In this document: one piece after another, positions 9,741-19,992 of the stretch
Layout of the letters: each line of letters begins with the position of its first letter
Numbering within the stretch: position 1 is the first letter of the stretch
The notes under the pieces: model-generated
Databases searched by the model: none
What the model was told of the DNA's origin: nothing
Seen by the model: the letters and a program-made list of their open reading frames with translations, nothing else
Translations under genes and position numbers: made by a program
Source: a bacterium
GTDB lineage: Bacteria; Patescibacteriota; Minisyncoccia; Moranbacterales; GWC2-37-73
DNA: 64,000 nucleotides
Direction: 5' to 3'
Assembly: GCA_003251635.1 (NCBI GenBank)
Contig: QKEW01000012.1
Coordinates: forward strand, 53,333-117,332

Positions 9741-10883
9741 TTAAACTAAACTCTCAAAAACTTTCCGGACTTTTTTTGCGGCATTTTCCCATAAAAAAAC
9801 CTTGGCTCTTTGCACGGCCAGGTCAGTCAAGTTATTGCGCAAGTTATCATTAATGCATATATCATATAATGCTTTGGCAAATTTATCAATATCTCCCGGA
9901 TTAACTAAAAGAGCACTGTTTTGGGCCACTTCTTGCAAGCTCGGGATGTTGCTAGCCAAAACCGGAGTTTTTACAGCAAAAGCCTCTAGCAGTGGAATTC
10001 CAAATCCTTCATAAAGCGACGGAAAAACAAAAACTTGCGCCAGTTTATAGATAGCCGCCTTATCCTCCTCATCTGCGAATCCAGGAAATACTACGCAATC
10101 TTCCAGGCCATGTTTTCTGATTGTCTCGTCAATTTTTTGATCAAAATTATGAGCCTGACGATTGCCGACCAAAACCACCTTGAAATTTGGCAACTTGTCT
10201 CTTGTTAGTGCAAAGCTTTCCAGCAAAAGGGGGATATTTTTGCGTGGCTGCAAGGTGCCCAGATAGAGCATGAATTTTTCTGGCAAATGATATTTTTTTT
10301 GAACTTGTTCCAACTTTTCCGGTGAAATATCTTGCTTTTTATAATCCTCACTTAGGGCATTTTGAAAATAATCCAATTTGCTTAATGGAAGACTATAGTA
10401 TTTTTCCAGCTCATCCCGAGTAAATTTTGAAACCCCCAAAATTTTATCCGCTCGCTTCAAACTCAAGGGCAATAAGAAACGCAAAAAAAAGAGGTCGGAT
10501 TTTTTGATAAATTGCGGAAAAAAATTCCAAGAAATATCATGAATGATCGTAACTATTTTTATCTTCTTGGGTACAAAAAACGGTGTAATATATTGAGTCA
10601 AATAGACATCTACCGGGGTGCTTTTTAACTGACGCGCCAGGTCCCAAAAATTCCAAGAAAAACGATTCAATGTCTTGATTGAAATTATTTGAAAATTTTT
10701 CCGCTCGATAATTCCCAAGTTTTTAGCAATTTCGGCAATTTTCAACTCATCAACAACATCCGTAAACAAAAAATAGCTATTTTGTTCATCAATTTTGGCT
10801 AAATGTTGAACCAGATTAAAAAACACCACCTCATCGCCAGTTCGTTTTTTGCCAATCAAACGAATATCAATTCCGATTTTCAT
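9741..10883 (-). CDS. glycosyltransferase family 4 (GT-B, RfaB-like)
   Basis: C-terminal GT4 signature EGFGIPLLEAFAVKTPVLASNIPSLQEV (E-x7-E region). Confidence 0.8.
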   Translation of the reverse strand: MKIGIDIRLIGKKRTGDEVVFFNLVQHLAKIDEQNSYFLFTDVVDELKIAEIAKNLGIIERKNFQIISIKTLNRFSWNFWDLARQLKSTPVDVYLTQYITPFFVPKKIKIVTIIHDISWNFFPQFIKKSDLFFLRFLLPLSLKRADKILGVSKFTRDELEKYYSLPLSKLDYFQNALSEDYKKQDISPEKLEQVQKKYHLPEKFMLYLGTLQPRKNIPLLLESFALTRDKLPNFKVVLVGNRQAHNFDQKIDETIRKHGLEDCVVFPGFADEEDKAAIYKLAQVFVFPSLYEGFGIPLLEAFAVKTPVLASNIPSLQEVAQNSALLVNPGDIDKFAKALYDICINDNLRNNLTDLAVQRAKVFLWENAAKKVRKVFESLV

Positions 10884-10887
10884 GCAA

Positions 10888-12537
10888 TTATTTTCTCTTA
10901 TTTTTTATAAAACAAATTTCGCTTGTCAGTGAAACTGCTACCGCCAAATACACCCACAAAAATCCTAAAAATATCCCGGCATTAAACAAATTAGAAAACG
11001 TTATAGCAGTCCAAGCTAAAAGTAGGCCAATCGGCCAAGTTTTTTCCTCGGATTCAGTTAAATAGAACAACTTGATCGATTTTGCCAAGATCCCAAACCA
11101 AACAATCAGCCAAGCCAAAAATCCCAACAAGCCGGCTCCCAGCCAAATTTCCAGAAAAATATTGCTTGAATTTAGCTGGGTTCCCCGCTCATCCTCTCCC
11201 AATATTTTTCCGATATTTCCCCAGCCAATTCCTCCCAGCCAATGCTGGCCAATTTGTTGCCAGGATTTTTGATAAATTTCAGAGCGCACACTGACATTCG
11301 GATCGGGTCGTAAAATTGTGGTCACCCAATTACCTTGGGATTTTTCCATTTCAATTTCTTCCAAATTAATATGATGGCAACCCAGAACAGACAATTCTTC
11401 GACACTTTGGATTTTCTCCGGCAAGGCAGCGCGATCTTTGCCCAGTTTTACTTGGCAAGAAATTGTTATTTCCTGATCACCCGACGAAATACTTTGGGCT
11501 CGATTTAAAAACTCGAAATTACTTAAACTGAAAATCTTTATCAAGAAAAAAGCCGCGACTATGGAAACTATAATCCTGGATCCGATTTGACCAGACAATT
11601 TCCAATCCCATTGATTGTATCGCCAAGAACCCTTAGTCAAGGTCAACTTGCCCAAAAGGATAATCGAAAAAGCTCCAGCCAACCAAGCACTTCGAGTTAC
11701 GCTCAAAAATAAAACGACCCAAGACAAAGAAAAAATTACATAGACAAAAAAAAGATTAAGACCAGCAAACTCATGCCCAGTTTTTTCCTTTTTGTTTTTC
11801 TTTTTTATTTCCCATTTATAAATAAGCGCCAAAACGATTGCTTGAAAAAATGCCACGAACATACCCAGCCAATCAGCCTCCGCAAAAGTTCCATTGGGTC
11901 TGCCAGGCATAACCTCGAAAGAATCAAGCCCTCGCATAAAAAGCCAATTTTGCCAGATTGACCAAAACAGAACCAGCAAGCTCGACAAAAAGAAAAAAGG
12001 CAAGACTTTTTGCAGATCTTTTTTGTTTTGCAAAAACAGACGAGTCAAGAAATAAAGTACGCCCAAAGAAAGGGCCACCAAAGATTGCTTGAGAGCCAAA
12101 CCTTTTTCATTTGCGCCCAAAGCACTCACGAAACCGGCCAGAACAAAAAGAATAATCAAAATATCAAAAAAATTGATTCGAAATAAATTCAGTTCATTTT
12201 TGCGCCAAGTAAGTCTCAATCCCATGGCCAAAATCACCAACCCGGCTATCCACTGATAGGGTCGCAAAGAAATACCCAACAATCCAGGAGAAATGTTAAC
12301 ATTTTCCAAAACAACCGCTGCCAAAAAAAATGCAAAAGACCAAGCAGGTCGATAGAGAGCAAAAAGCAAAGCCAGGAAAGTTAGAACGCCAAAATCCGAC
12401 CAGTTGTTTAGAGGTAAAATATTTATATTAGAAAACCAAATCGCAAAAACCAGAAGCACCAAGACCGCACCCAGCAAATAAAGTCGGATATTTTTCCTCT
12501 GGTCACTATTGACAAATTGTCTAAAATATGCTATCAT
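10888..12537 (-). CDS. polytopic membrane protein, O-antigen ligase/Wzy polymerase-like
   Basis: At least 10 predicted TM helices with a large loop, sitting between GT4 genes. The start was moved to the internal ATG at 12537 (MIAYFRQFV) to avoid a 59-nt overlap with the upstream GT4. Confidence 0.5.
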   Translation of the reverse strand: MIAYFRQFVNSDQRKNIRLYLLGAVLVLLVFAIWFSNINILPLNNWSDFGVLTFLALLFALYRPAWSFAFFLAAVVLENVNISPGLLGISLRPYQWIAGLVILAMGLRLTWRKNELNLFRINFFDILIILFVLAGFVSALGANEKGLALKQSLVALSLGVLYFLTRLFLQNKKDLQKVLPFFFLSSLLVLFWSIWQNWLFMRGLDSFEVMPGRPNGTFAEADWLGMFVAFFQAIVLALIYKWEIKKKNKKEKTGHEFAGLNLFFVYVIFSLSWVVLFLSVTRSAWLAGAFSIILLGKLTLTKGSWRYNQWDWKLSGQIGSRIIVSIVAAFFLIKIFSLSNFEFLNRAQSISSGDQEITISCQVKLGKDRAALPEKIQSVEELSVLGCHHINLEEIEMEKSQGNWVTTILRPDPNVSVRSEIYQKSWQQIGQHWLGGIGWGNIGKILGEDERGTQLNSSNIFLEIWLGAGLLGFLAWLIVWFGILAKSIKLFYLTESEEKTWPIGLLLAWTAITFSNLFNAGIFLGFLWVYLAVAVSLTSEICFIKNKRK

Positions 12538-12550
12538 AATAAAAGAGTGG

Positions 12551-13786
12551 CTAATTTCTTTTCGATCTTTTCTTCCCTTTTTTAAGGGATTTTTCTTTTT
12601 CCCTGACAATATTTAAAAATCTATCCACAAAACTGTCCCAGGAAAATTTTTGACTTCGACCCAAACCTCTTTCTTGAAGCGCCTTTCGTAAACTATCATT
12701 AAGTAGGATATTACGCATTGTCAGGGCAATATCTTCCACATCATCAGGATTGGCATAAAGCACGGCATCATTTCCAACTTCCGGTAAAGAGGATTTTTTT
12801 GAGGTGAGAGTTGGAATTCCTTGCGACAAAGCTTCCAAAACTGGCAAACCGAAACCTTCATAAAAGGAGGGATACACAAACATGCTTGCATTGTGATAAA
12901 GTGCCGGCAAATCTTCTTGAGGCACAAATCCCAACAATTTGACCTCTTTTTTTAATTTCAATGATTTTGCTAAAACCTCCACATCTGTCACTAACGGCGC
13001 TAGCTGCGGCAGAAGCTTCCCACTAACTACTAAGCTGGGGACTTCTTTGAGTTTAACCGAGCGATTTTGATTGTAGTCAACCAACATCTTGTAGGCTCTC
13101 ATAGTGCCTTCCGCATTTTTTCTAACCTCCAAACCGCCGCCGGTATAAATATAGCCCTTTTTTAGACCGTATTTCTTCAAAACTCGCTGACTTTCAGCTT
13201 TGGAAACTTTTTGTCGAAAAATTTCATCCACGTCAATATAATTGGTAGCAATTTTCTCGGCGGCAATTTTCAAATGAGCAATCAAATCCTTTTCGCTTCT
13301 TTTGGAAACCGTCCAAATTTTATCAGCCCCACCAATCCCCTTTTCCGTCAACTTCCAGTAAAGTTTTTTGCGCCAATTGCTAAGATATTGTGGGAATAGT
13401 TTTGGAATAAGATCGTGGACCAGCATCAAATGTTTTGTGTTGTCATTTTGACAAATTATCGTCGGGCTCTGATAAAGACTAAAGAAAAAATCACAGCCAT
13501 CGCGACGAATTTTTCCAGGCAGACAAAATTTTTCCCACCAAATTTTGCGAATCAGATCATCTCGCTTCCAAGCTGGCAGAAAAATTCTTTTTTTAAAATT
13601 TCTGGGCAATCTACCGCCTAGCAGTTTATTTGGAAAATCTTCCTCTAAATACAAAAAATACTGCGTTTTGGAAACGCCTTTGGAAGCCCTCTCTTTTTCA
13701 ATTAATTTCTTGAGAAAATTGACACTTACCTGCCCAATTCCAGTGCCTGGTTTTCGCAAAAAAGAAGCATTTATTCCAACTTTCAT
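12551..13786 (-). CDS. glycosyltransferase family 4
   Basis: EGFGLPVLEALSQGIPTLTSKKSSLPEVGNDAVLYANP signature. Confidence 0.8.
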   Translation of the reverse strand: MKVGINASFLRKPGTGIGQVSVNFLKKLIEKERASKGVSKTQYFLYLEEDFPNKLLGGRLPRNFKKRIFLPAWKRDDLIRKIWWEKFCLPGKIRRDGCDFFFSLYQSPTIICQNDNTKHLMLVHDLIPKLFPQYLSNWRKKLYWKLTEKGIGGADKIWTVSKRSEKDLIAHLKIAAEKIATNYIDVDEIFRQKVSKAESQRVLKKYGLKKGYIYTGGGLEVRKNAEGTMRAYKMLVDYNQNRSVKLKEVPSLVVSGKLLPQLAPLVTDVEVLAKSLKLKKEVKLLGFVPQEDLPALYHNASMFVYPSFYEGFGLPVLEALSQGIPTLTSKKSSLPEVGNDAVLYANPDDVEDIALTMRNILLNDSLRKALQERGLGRSQKFSWDSFVDRFLNIVREKEKSLKKGKKRSKRN

Positions 13787-13994
13787 ATGAATTCATTATA
13801 ACAGATTTTCAAAAAAAGAGAATAAACTTAGCAGGCACTAAATTTTGGCTTATTTTACTATTATTAAAGTTTTTATTGGAAAATATATTCATCAATTCAA
13901 ATCTCAAAGAAAGGCTTTTTTAACTTGTGTCTTAATTGAAAATGTTTTATTATTTAACAAGTATAAATAATGTAATGATTTTGAAGGAAACTCT

Positions 13995-15275
13995 ATGAAA
14001 ACAGAAAAAGGAAGGGTTTGCATAATTGGTTTGGGCTATGTCGGCCTCCCATTGGCAGTTCAATGCGCCCTAAAAGGATATCAGGTTTTTGGTTTGGAAA
14101 ATGATGCCAAAAAAATTCAAAAAATCAATGCCGGGAAAAGTCCGATTAATGAGGATTTCTTAAACGAAAATTTACCAAAAGTTGCAATAAAGGCCACGTC
14201 AGATCCTTCAATTATCCAAAAATGCGACATTTCCATTGTCTGTGTGCCAACTCCGATTGATGAAAATTATTTTCCAGATTTGACTCCGGTCAAAAATGCG
14301 GTCAAAGCGGTAGTGGAAAATTTGAAAAAAGACCAATTGGTAGTTATTGAATCCACCATCAATCCGGGTGTTTGCGAAGAAGTGGTTGAACCGATCTTTG
14401 CCGAAGCTGGTTATAAAATTGGCCAGGACTACGAAATGGCCCATTGTCCGGAAAGAATAAATCCCGGAGATCCTAAATGGAATGTGACCAACATTCCTCG
14501 CGTAATAGGCTCATTCACCAAAAAGGGTCTTGGCGAGGCGGCCAAGTTCTATGAGGATATTATTGATGCCCCGATCATGAAGATGAAATCGATTCGGGAA
14601 GCCGAAGCGGTTAAAATTGTTGAAAATTCTTTCCGTGATATCAATATCGCTTTCGTTAATGAATTGGCCAAATCTTTTGATAAACTTGATATTGACTTAA
14701 ACGATGTTATCAAAGGCTGTGCCACTAAACCGTTTGCTTTTATGCCACACTTCCCTTCCTGCGGTGTTGGTGGCCATTGTATTCCAGTTGATCCGTATTA
14801 CTTGATTGAACGAGCCAAAGCCAGTGGTTTTGATCATGAATTTTTGAAAATTGCCCGCAAAGTTAACAATTCCATGCCAGAATATACGGTTGAATTGATG
14901 CAAGATGCTCTCAATAAATTAAAAATCGCCCTAAATGGCACAACGGTTGGTGTGCTGGGAATTTCCTACAAAGCCAATGTGGCTGATTTGCGCGAATCAC
15001 CGTCACTAAAAATCATCAAGCACCTAAAAAGACATGGCGCCAATGTCATCACTTTTGATCCCTACGTTTTGGAAAGCTCCAGTGAAAAAACTTTGGAAAA
15101 ATTTTTGCAAAAAGCCGATGCTATAATTTTGGCCACTAATCATCGAGAATTTGAACGGCTCGATCCTCAAATTTTTGAAAAATATAAAGTTAAGGCGATT
15201 GTTGATGGCAAAAATTGTCTTGATCCTGTCGCCATTCGAAAATTAAAAATTGTCTACAAAGGAATCGGCCGCTGA
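13995..15275 (+). CDS. UDP-glucose/GDP-mannose dehydrogenase family nucleotide-sugar 6-dehydrogenase
   Basis: N-terminal Rossmann VCIIGLGYVGLPLAV, catalytic Cys context CGVGGHCIPVDPYYL, and a C-terminal UDP-binding domain. Confidence 0.85.
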   Translation: MKTEKGRVCIIGLGYVGLPLAVQCALKGYQVFGLENDAKKIQKINAGKSPINEDFLNENLPKVAIKATSDPSIIQKCDISIVCVPTPIDENYFPDLTPVKNAVKAVVENLKKDQLVVIESTINPGVCEEVVEPIFAEAGYKIGQDYEMAHCPERINPGDPKWNVTNIPRVIGSFTKKGLGEAAKFYEDIIDAPIMKMKSIREAEAVKIVENSFRDINIAFVNELAKSFDKLDIDLNDVIKGCATKPFAFMPHFPSCGVGGHCIPVDPYYLIERAKASGFDHEFLKIARKVNNSMPEYTVELMQDALNKLKIALNGTTVGVLGISYKANVADLRESPSLKIIKHLKRHGANVITFDPYVLESSSEKTLEKFLQKADAIILATNHREFERLDPQIFEKYKVKAIVDGKNCLDPVAIRKLKIVYKGIGR

Positions 15276-15294
15276 GAAAAATTAAACTAAATTT

Positions 15295-15531
15295 ATGTTT
15301 CATTTGATAAAATATACATTGATTTTGATTGGACTGTTAACGGTTGCCTATTTTCTCTTGCCTAGATTCGGCTACAAAATTAATATGAATTATTTTACCG
15401 AAAGCAAGCAGGAATGTCAGCAACGTCTCAATGATTGTGGTCAAGAGTTGGTCAGACAGGGTACTGAAAATGCCCAATGCAGTCTTGATTGTGTTGATCC
15501 TAAATTGATTATTAAAAAGTCAGAAAATTAA
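15295..15531 (+). CDS. small membrane-anchored Cys-containing hypothetical protein
   Basis: 78 aa with one N-terminal TM helix and a C-terminal tail containing 4 Cys. It is tightly packed inside the GT operon. Confidence 0.3.
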   Translation: MFHLIKYTLILIGLLTVAYFLLPRFGYKINMNYFTESKQECQQRLNDCGQELVRQGTENAQCSLDCVDPKLIIKKSEN

Positions 15532-15551
15532 ATAAATTAGAGTAAATAATT

Positions 15552-16508
15552 ATGAAACTAATCGTTAATCTCCCTGCTTTTAATGAAGCGGAAAAGATAG
15601 CTCAAACCATTCAAAAAATTCCTCGAAAAATCGAAGGGATTGATGAAATTTTTGTTCAAGTTATCGATGATGGATCCAAAGACGGTACCGCCAAGATAGC
15701 CAAAGAAGCCGGAGCTGACTATGTTTTTTCGCACCAAGTTAATCGAGGAATCGGCATCACCTTCCGCACTGCCGTAGAAAAATCTCTGGAAAATGAAGCT
15801 GACATCATGGTCAACATTGATGCTGATGGTCAATTTGATCCAAATGATATCGCAAAAATCATCAAGCCGATCTTAAACGGCGAGGCAGATATGGTCAGTG
15901 CTGACCGCTTTGGGGATCACAAAGCTCAAAACATGCCGGCTGCCAAATATTATCTCAATCGTATTGCCGCTTGGATCATTGGAAAATTCATGAATTTCAA
16001 CATAAAGGATCTAACTTGCGGTTTTCGGGCCTACAACCGCGAAACTCTTTTGCGTCTGAATTTACCAGGACAATTCACCTACACCCAAGAAGTTATAATT
16101 GATGCCCTGGGTAAAAATCTTAAAGTCATGTGGATTCCGGTAATCGTTACCTATTTTGCCGAAAGAAAATCCCGAGTGGTAAAAAGCATCTATAAATATG
16201 TCAACAACAGCGCTCGCATTATTCTCAAAGCCGTGCGCGACGTCAGACCGATGAAATTTTTCGGAATCCCGGCTTTAATTTTAATTACCATCTCTGTTGG
16301 AACCTTCATTTACTTTGCGTCGCTCTACTTCCAAGATTTCAAAATAACCCCCTATCGAAATTATTTGCTCTTAGCTATCACTTTTCTCTTGATCGGTTTG
16401 CAATTTTTAGTGTTCGCTTTAATGGCTGATATGATCAAATCCAATCGCAAACTAACCGAAAGCCAGATGTATCTTATGAAAAAGGAAAAATACCAGAAAA
16501 AAAATTAG
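15552..16508 (+). CDS. GT2 polyprenyl-phosphate glycosyltransferase (Ppm1/GtrB/ArnC-like) with C-terminal TM helices
   Basis: VIDDGSKDGTAKIAKEAGADYVF ... DADGQFDPNDI (DxD context), plus two C-terminal TM helices as in GtrB/DPM1-type enzymes. Confidence 0.8.
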   Translation: MKLIVNLPAFNEAEKIAQTIQKIPRKIEGIDEIFVQVIDDGSKDGTAKIAKEAGADYVFSHQVNRGIGITFRTAVEKSLENEADIMVNIDADGQFDPNDIAKIIKPILNGEADMVSADRFGDHKAQNMPAAKYYLNRIAAWIIGKFMNFNIKDLTCGFRAYNRETLLRLNLPGQFTYTQEVIIDALGKNLKVMWIPVIVTYFAERKSRVVKSIYKYVNNSARIILKAVRDVRPMKFFGIPALILITISVGTFIYFASLYFQDFKITPYRNYLLLAITFLLIGLQFLVFALMADMIKSNRKLTESQMYLMKKEKYQKKN

Positions 16509-16520
16509 TCATATTGTTAT

Positions 16521-17594
16521 ATGAAAATTCTTTTTATATCTCATACTTATCCGCCCATCAGAGGCGGGGTTGAAACTCAAAATTTTGAAATTTTCTCCTG
16601 GCTGTCAAAAACCGAAGATGTAAAACTTATTGCCAACAAAAAAAGATGGCTGATCCCGTTTTTTTTCGGTTACGCAGCTATTCGAGTACTTTTTGAAGCC
16701 AGAAAATATGACGTTGTTTTGCTTGGAAGTTGTATCTTGGCTCCAATAGGCTGGCTAATAAAAAAAACCGGTCGAACTCCGGTTATTTCAATAGCTCATG
16801 GATTAGATTTAAACTGGAACAATCCCCTTTACCAATTTTTTTGGCCAAAATTTTTCGTTCCGGTTCTAGACAAATTGATTGCAGTTGGTAATGAAACCAT
16901 TGCGGTTGGCACAGCTAGAAATATACCTGAAGAAAAATTTGTTTTCATTCCAAATGGAATCGAAATAGAAAAGTTTTTCAAGCCACACTCCACAGTTGAA
17001 CTTGAGGAAATAATCAATGAAAAACTAAATGGACGAAAAGTTATCCTATCAACCGGAAGATTAGCTAAACATAAAGGCCTCGATTGGTTTTGCGAAAAAA
17101 TTCTGCCGTCACTTCCGGATGATATTATTTTCTTGATTGCCGGTGATGGAGAGAAAAGATCTGATATTGAAAAAATAATCAAAGAAAAAAAATTACAAAG
17201 CAAGGCGAAAATGTTGGGACGTGTGAATGATCAGGAATTAGAAGTTTTATACAACACGGCTGACATCTACGTTAAACCTAACATTAAAGTTGAAGGAACA
17301 ATGGAAGGCTTTGGCATAGTTGTGATTGAAGCAGCCTCCTGTAAACTTCCGGTGGTAGCAACAGACTTGGAAGGATTAAAAGACGCCATCAAAGACAATC
17401 AAAACGGATTTTTGATTGAACCAGGCGATGCCCAAGGCTTTGTCGACAAAATTAAGCAACTTTTGGATGACGAACGATTCAGAAAAGAGTTTGGTGAAAA
17501 AGCCCGTCAGTTCATTTTGGAAAACTACCAGTGGAAAAATATTTCACAAAAATATATCGAAGAGATTTCTAAGGTTTTGCAAAAAAATAAATAA
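16521..17594 (+). CDS. glycosyltransferase family 4
   Basis: EGFGIVVIEAASCKLPVVATDLEGLKDAIKDNQNGFLIEPGD. Confidence 0.8.
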   Translation: MKILFISHTYPPIRGGVETQNFEIFSWLSKTEDVKLIANKKRWLIPFFFGYAAIRVLFEARKYDVVLLGSCILAPIGWLIKKTGRTPVISIAHGLDLNWNNPLYQFFWPKFFVPVLDKLIAVGNETIAVGTARNIPEEKFVFIPNGIEIEKFFKPHSTVELEEIINEKLNGRKVILSTGRLAKHKGLDWFCEKILPSLPDDIIFLIAGDGEKRSDIEKIIKEKKLQSKAKMLGRVNDQELEVLYNTADIYVKPNIKVEGTMEGFGIVVIEAASCKLPVVATDLEGLKDAIKDNQNGFLIEPGDAQGFVDKIKQLLDDERFRKEFGEKARQFILENYQWKNISQKYIEEISKVLQKNK

Positions 17595-17609
17595 TCAAAA
17601 ATATTCACA

Positions 17610-19586
17610 ATGTTCGCTTTTATTTTCAATCAAATTTTATTTTATTTTGGTGTAGTCTTGTTGCTTTTTTTGCCAGGCTATTTTTTGCTTAGAGTCATCT
17701 TTAAGCAAAAAAGTCCTTTTTCAAGTGAAGAAAAGTTTTTGCTTTCTTTGGCTTTGAGTGTCGGAATAGTTGATTTTTTTATGCTGATTTTAGGTAAAAT
17801 CGGCCTACCCTTGAGCCGCGGCTTTTTATTTGGCACGGTTTTTCTTTTCATTGTCCTTCTGATTTACCTGCCTTCTTTATTTGATAAGATAAAATTTTTA
17901 CGCCAAATCAAAAAAAGATTGGCTATTAAAAAAGCTGGGATAACTTTTGAAAAATTACCCAGACTTTCTCAAAAACAAAAACTTCTGATTATCCTGACTC
18001 TATTTTTGACTGTTTTTATAAAAACGATTTATCTGGAAAAAACGGTTTTTCCGACTTCAACTGACATGGGCCATCACATGTATTGGGCAAAACTGATTAC
18101 TACCAGTGAGCAGTTACCCGTTTATGTTGAATCCGATATCATTCAAACATCCGGTGGCTATGCCATTAGCCAACCCGAACCAATCGCTGATTTTATTATT
18201 GGCGAACATTTAATTTTTGCCGCTTTGGGTTCCCTGACTAAAGCGGATTTTGTTTCGGCCTTCCCTTCCTTGGTTTTATTGCTTTTTAATATAGCCACCG
18301 CTTTAGCAATTTTTGTTTTGGCTCGTCAAATTTTTCAAAAACATCCACAAGGATCAAACATTGCGATCTTGGCCTTGTTTCTGGCTGGTCCCCTTTTCGC
18401 CTTAGCTTCTCCTCAAGCTAAATTTGTCAGTGGCGGTGTCATTGGCAACACCTTGGGAAACTTTTTTATTCCCATCATCCTGTTGCTTTTGTTGAAAGCT
18501 CTTGAACAAAGAAAATCCGTCTTTCTTAGCTTGGCCTTATTTTTGAGCCTAACCTTGGTTTATACTCATCACCTCAGCACCTTTGTTTTTCTTTTTTCTT
18601 TGATTTCTACTTTTTTGATCTTTTTTCTTTTTAATCTCAAGAAAATCCCAGCCTATCTGAAAAATTGGCTACGACTTATAGCTAGTCCCTGGATTTGGCT
18701 GGTTATCGTTTTTGGAATTTGGATGGTATTTGAAATTTATATTCCCAGCTATCTCAATTCTTCAGCGGTAGGAACAGCTGTCGGCACACCATCTAAATCA
18801 ACTCGAACCGGATTAAGCTTTCAGCAATTAGCCTCAGCTACCGGTCAAATTCGTCTAATTTTGGCGCTCTTAGGAATGATCTTGATTGTCTGGCAAAAAA
18901 GATTGCGCAACTATGGTGAAACACTGTTGTTTGCTTGGGCTTTCGTTATTTTCATCATGTCCCTTTTCCCAGGATGGCTTTTTGTGGATATTCCTTCGAG
19001 TCGAATTGGCAATTATCTAATTTTTCCACTAATAATCCTTGCGGCTTTTGCCTTGGTAGAATTTTTCAACTTTTTCAAAACTCAAAATTCGTCCAGATTC
19101 ACCTTTTTGAAACCTTTCTATGTTATATTGATTTTCTTCATTCTTAGCGCCCTGATTGCTCAAAATGGAATGTCAGACAATGCTACTTCACTTTCTGATG
19201 GTGGAAATTCTCAAGCTGCCCTTCAAACTTTTCAAGCCTCAGCTTATTTATCCAAATTTACCAATTCCAAAGACGTGGTTTTGAAAGACCATAACTATCT
19301 GACTGCTGATTCTTGGATTAAACTCTATTTCATGAACGGCTACAACTTCCCCTTTTCTCGCAGTTATTTCAAGCGCTATGAGGATGCCGTCAATGAGCGG
19401 GAGCAGTGCACCTTGCAAATGATCTCAACGCCCAATTCTCCCGAGGCGCAAAAATGCTTTGAAGGAACTGGCGTAAATTTCTTAATGATCAATCCGCTCT
19501 ATGACAGCGCCCAATTCAAAAAAAATCGAGAATTTTGGCAAATTTATTCTTCGGATGAAATCGGAATTTTCTATAAAACTGACTAA
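17610..19586 (+). CDS. large polytopic membrane protein (658 aa), possible GT-C-fold glycosyltransferase/polymerase
   Basis: At least 12 TM helices and a 150-aa C-terminal extracytoplasmic domain, with no recognisable named motif. Its position after the Ppm1-like GT2 and a GT4 prompts the GT-C guess. Confidence 0.45.
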   Translation: MFAFIFNQILFYFGVVLLLFLPGYFLLRVIFKQKSPFSSEEKFLLSLALSVGIVDFFMLILGKIGLPLSRGFLFGTVFLFIVLLIYLPSLFDKIKFLRQIKKRLAIKKAGITFEKLPRLSQKQKLLIILTLFLTVFIKTIYLEKTVFPTSTDMGHHMYWAKLITTSEQLPVYVESDIIQTSGGYAISQPEPIADFIIGEHLIFAALGSLTKADFVSAFPSLVLLLFNIATALAIFVLARQIFQKHPQGSNIAILALFLAGPLFALASPQAKFVSGGVIGNTLGNFFIPIILLLLLKALEQRKSVFLSLALFLSLTLVYTHHLSTFVFLFSLISTFLIFFLFNLKKIPAYLKNWLRLIASPWIWLVIVFGIWMVFEIYIPSYLNSSAVGTAVGTPSKSTRTGLSFQQLASATGQIRLILALLGMILIVWQKRLRNYGETLLFAWAFVIFIMSLFPGWLFVDIPSSRIGNYLIFPLIILAAFALVEFFNFFKTQNSSRFTFLKPFYVILIFFILSALIAQNGMSDNATSLSDGGNSQAALQTFQASAYLSKFTNSKDVVLKDHNYLTADSWIKLYFMNGYNFPFSRSYFKRYEDAVNEREQCTLQMISTPNSPEAQKCFEGTGVNFLMINPLYDSAQFKKNREFWQIYSSDEIGIFYKTD

Positions 19587-19597
19587 ATTTTAAGACC

Positions 19598-19990
19598 ATG
19601 CTAAACAAAATAAACAAAAAAATTATCCGTCAAAACATTTTGGTTTTTATCCTAAGTTTTTTTATCTTGATAAGCTTTTTCTATTTGGCCCTATTGGAAA
19701 AAAAGCAACAGGATTTGGATTGGCAGAAAAATTGGTGGTCGCTCTATTTCAACAGTCCCAAAGGCAACGGGCTGGATTTCACCATTGAAAATCACAGTGA
19801 AAGTGAGAATTTTCATTGGGAAGTCTATTTGGAAAAATCAAAAAGCTATGAAGGCAATTCCACCATCCCCAAGGGTGATAAAAAATCAATCCTAGTAAAT
19901 TCCCTGGGCTTAAATGACAAAAAAGTTGTCATCAAAGTAACCAGCAATGACAAAAATAAAGAAATTTACAAAATAATCAGCACAAAATAA
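19598..19990 (+). CDS. small membrane-anchored hypothetical protein
   Basis: 130 aa with an N-terminal TM helix and a Lys/Asn-rich soluble tail. Confidence 0.35.
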   Translation: MLNKINKKIIRQNILVFILSFFILISFFYLALLEKKQQDLDWQKNWWSLYFNSPKGNGLDFTIENHSESENFHWEVYLEKSKSYEGNSTIPKGDKKSILVNSLGLNDKKVVIKVTSNDKNKEIYKIISTK

Positions 19991-19992
19991 TC

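Noticed and set aside
12538-12609. N-terminal extension of the Wzy/ligase-like membrane protein overlapping the upstream GT4 by 59 nt
   Set aside because: An internal ATG (MIAYFRQFV) 13 nt after the GT4 stop removes the overlap and starts right before the first TM helix.
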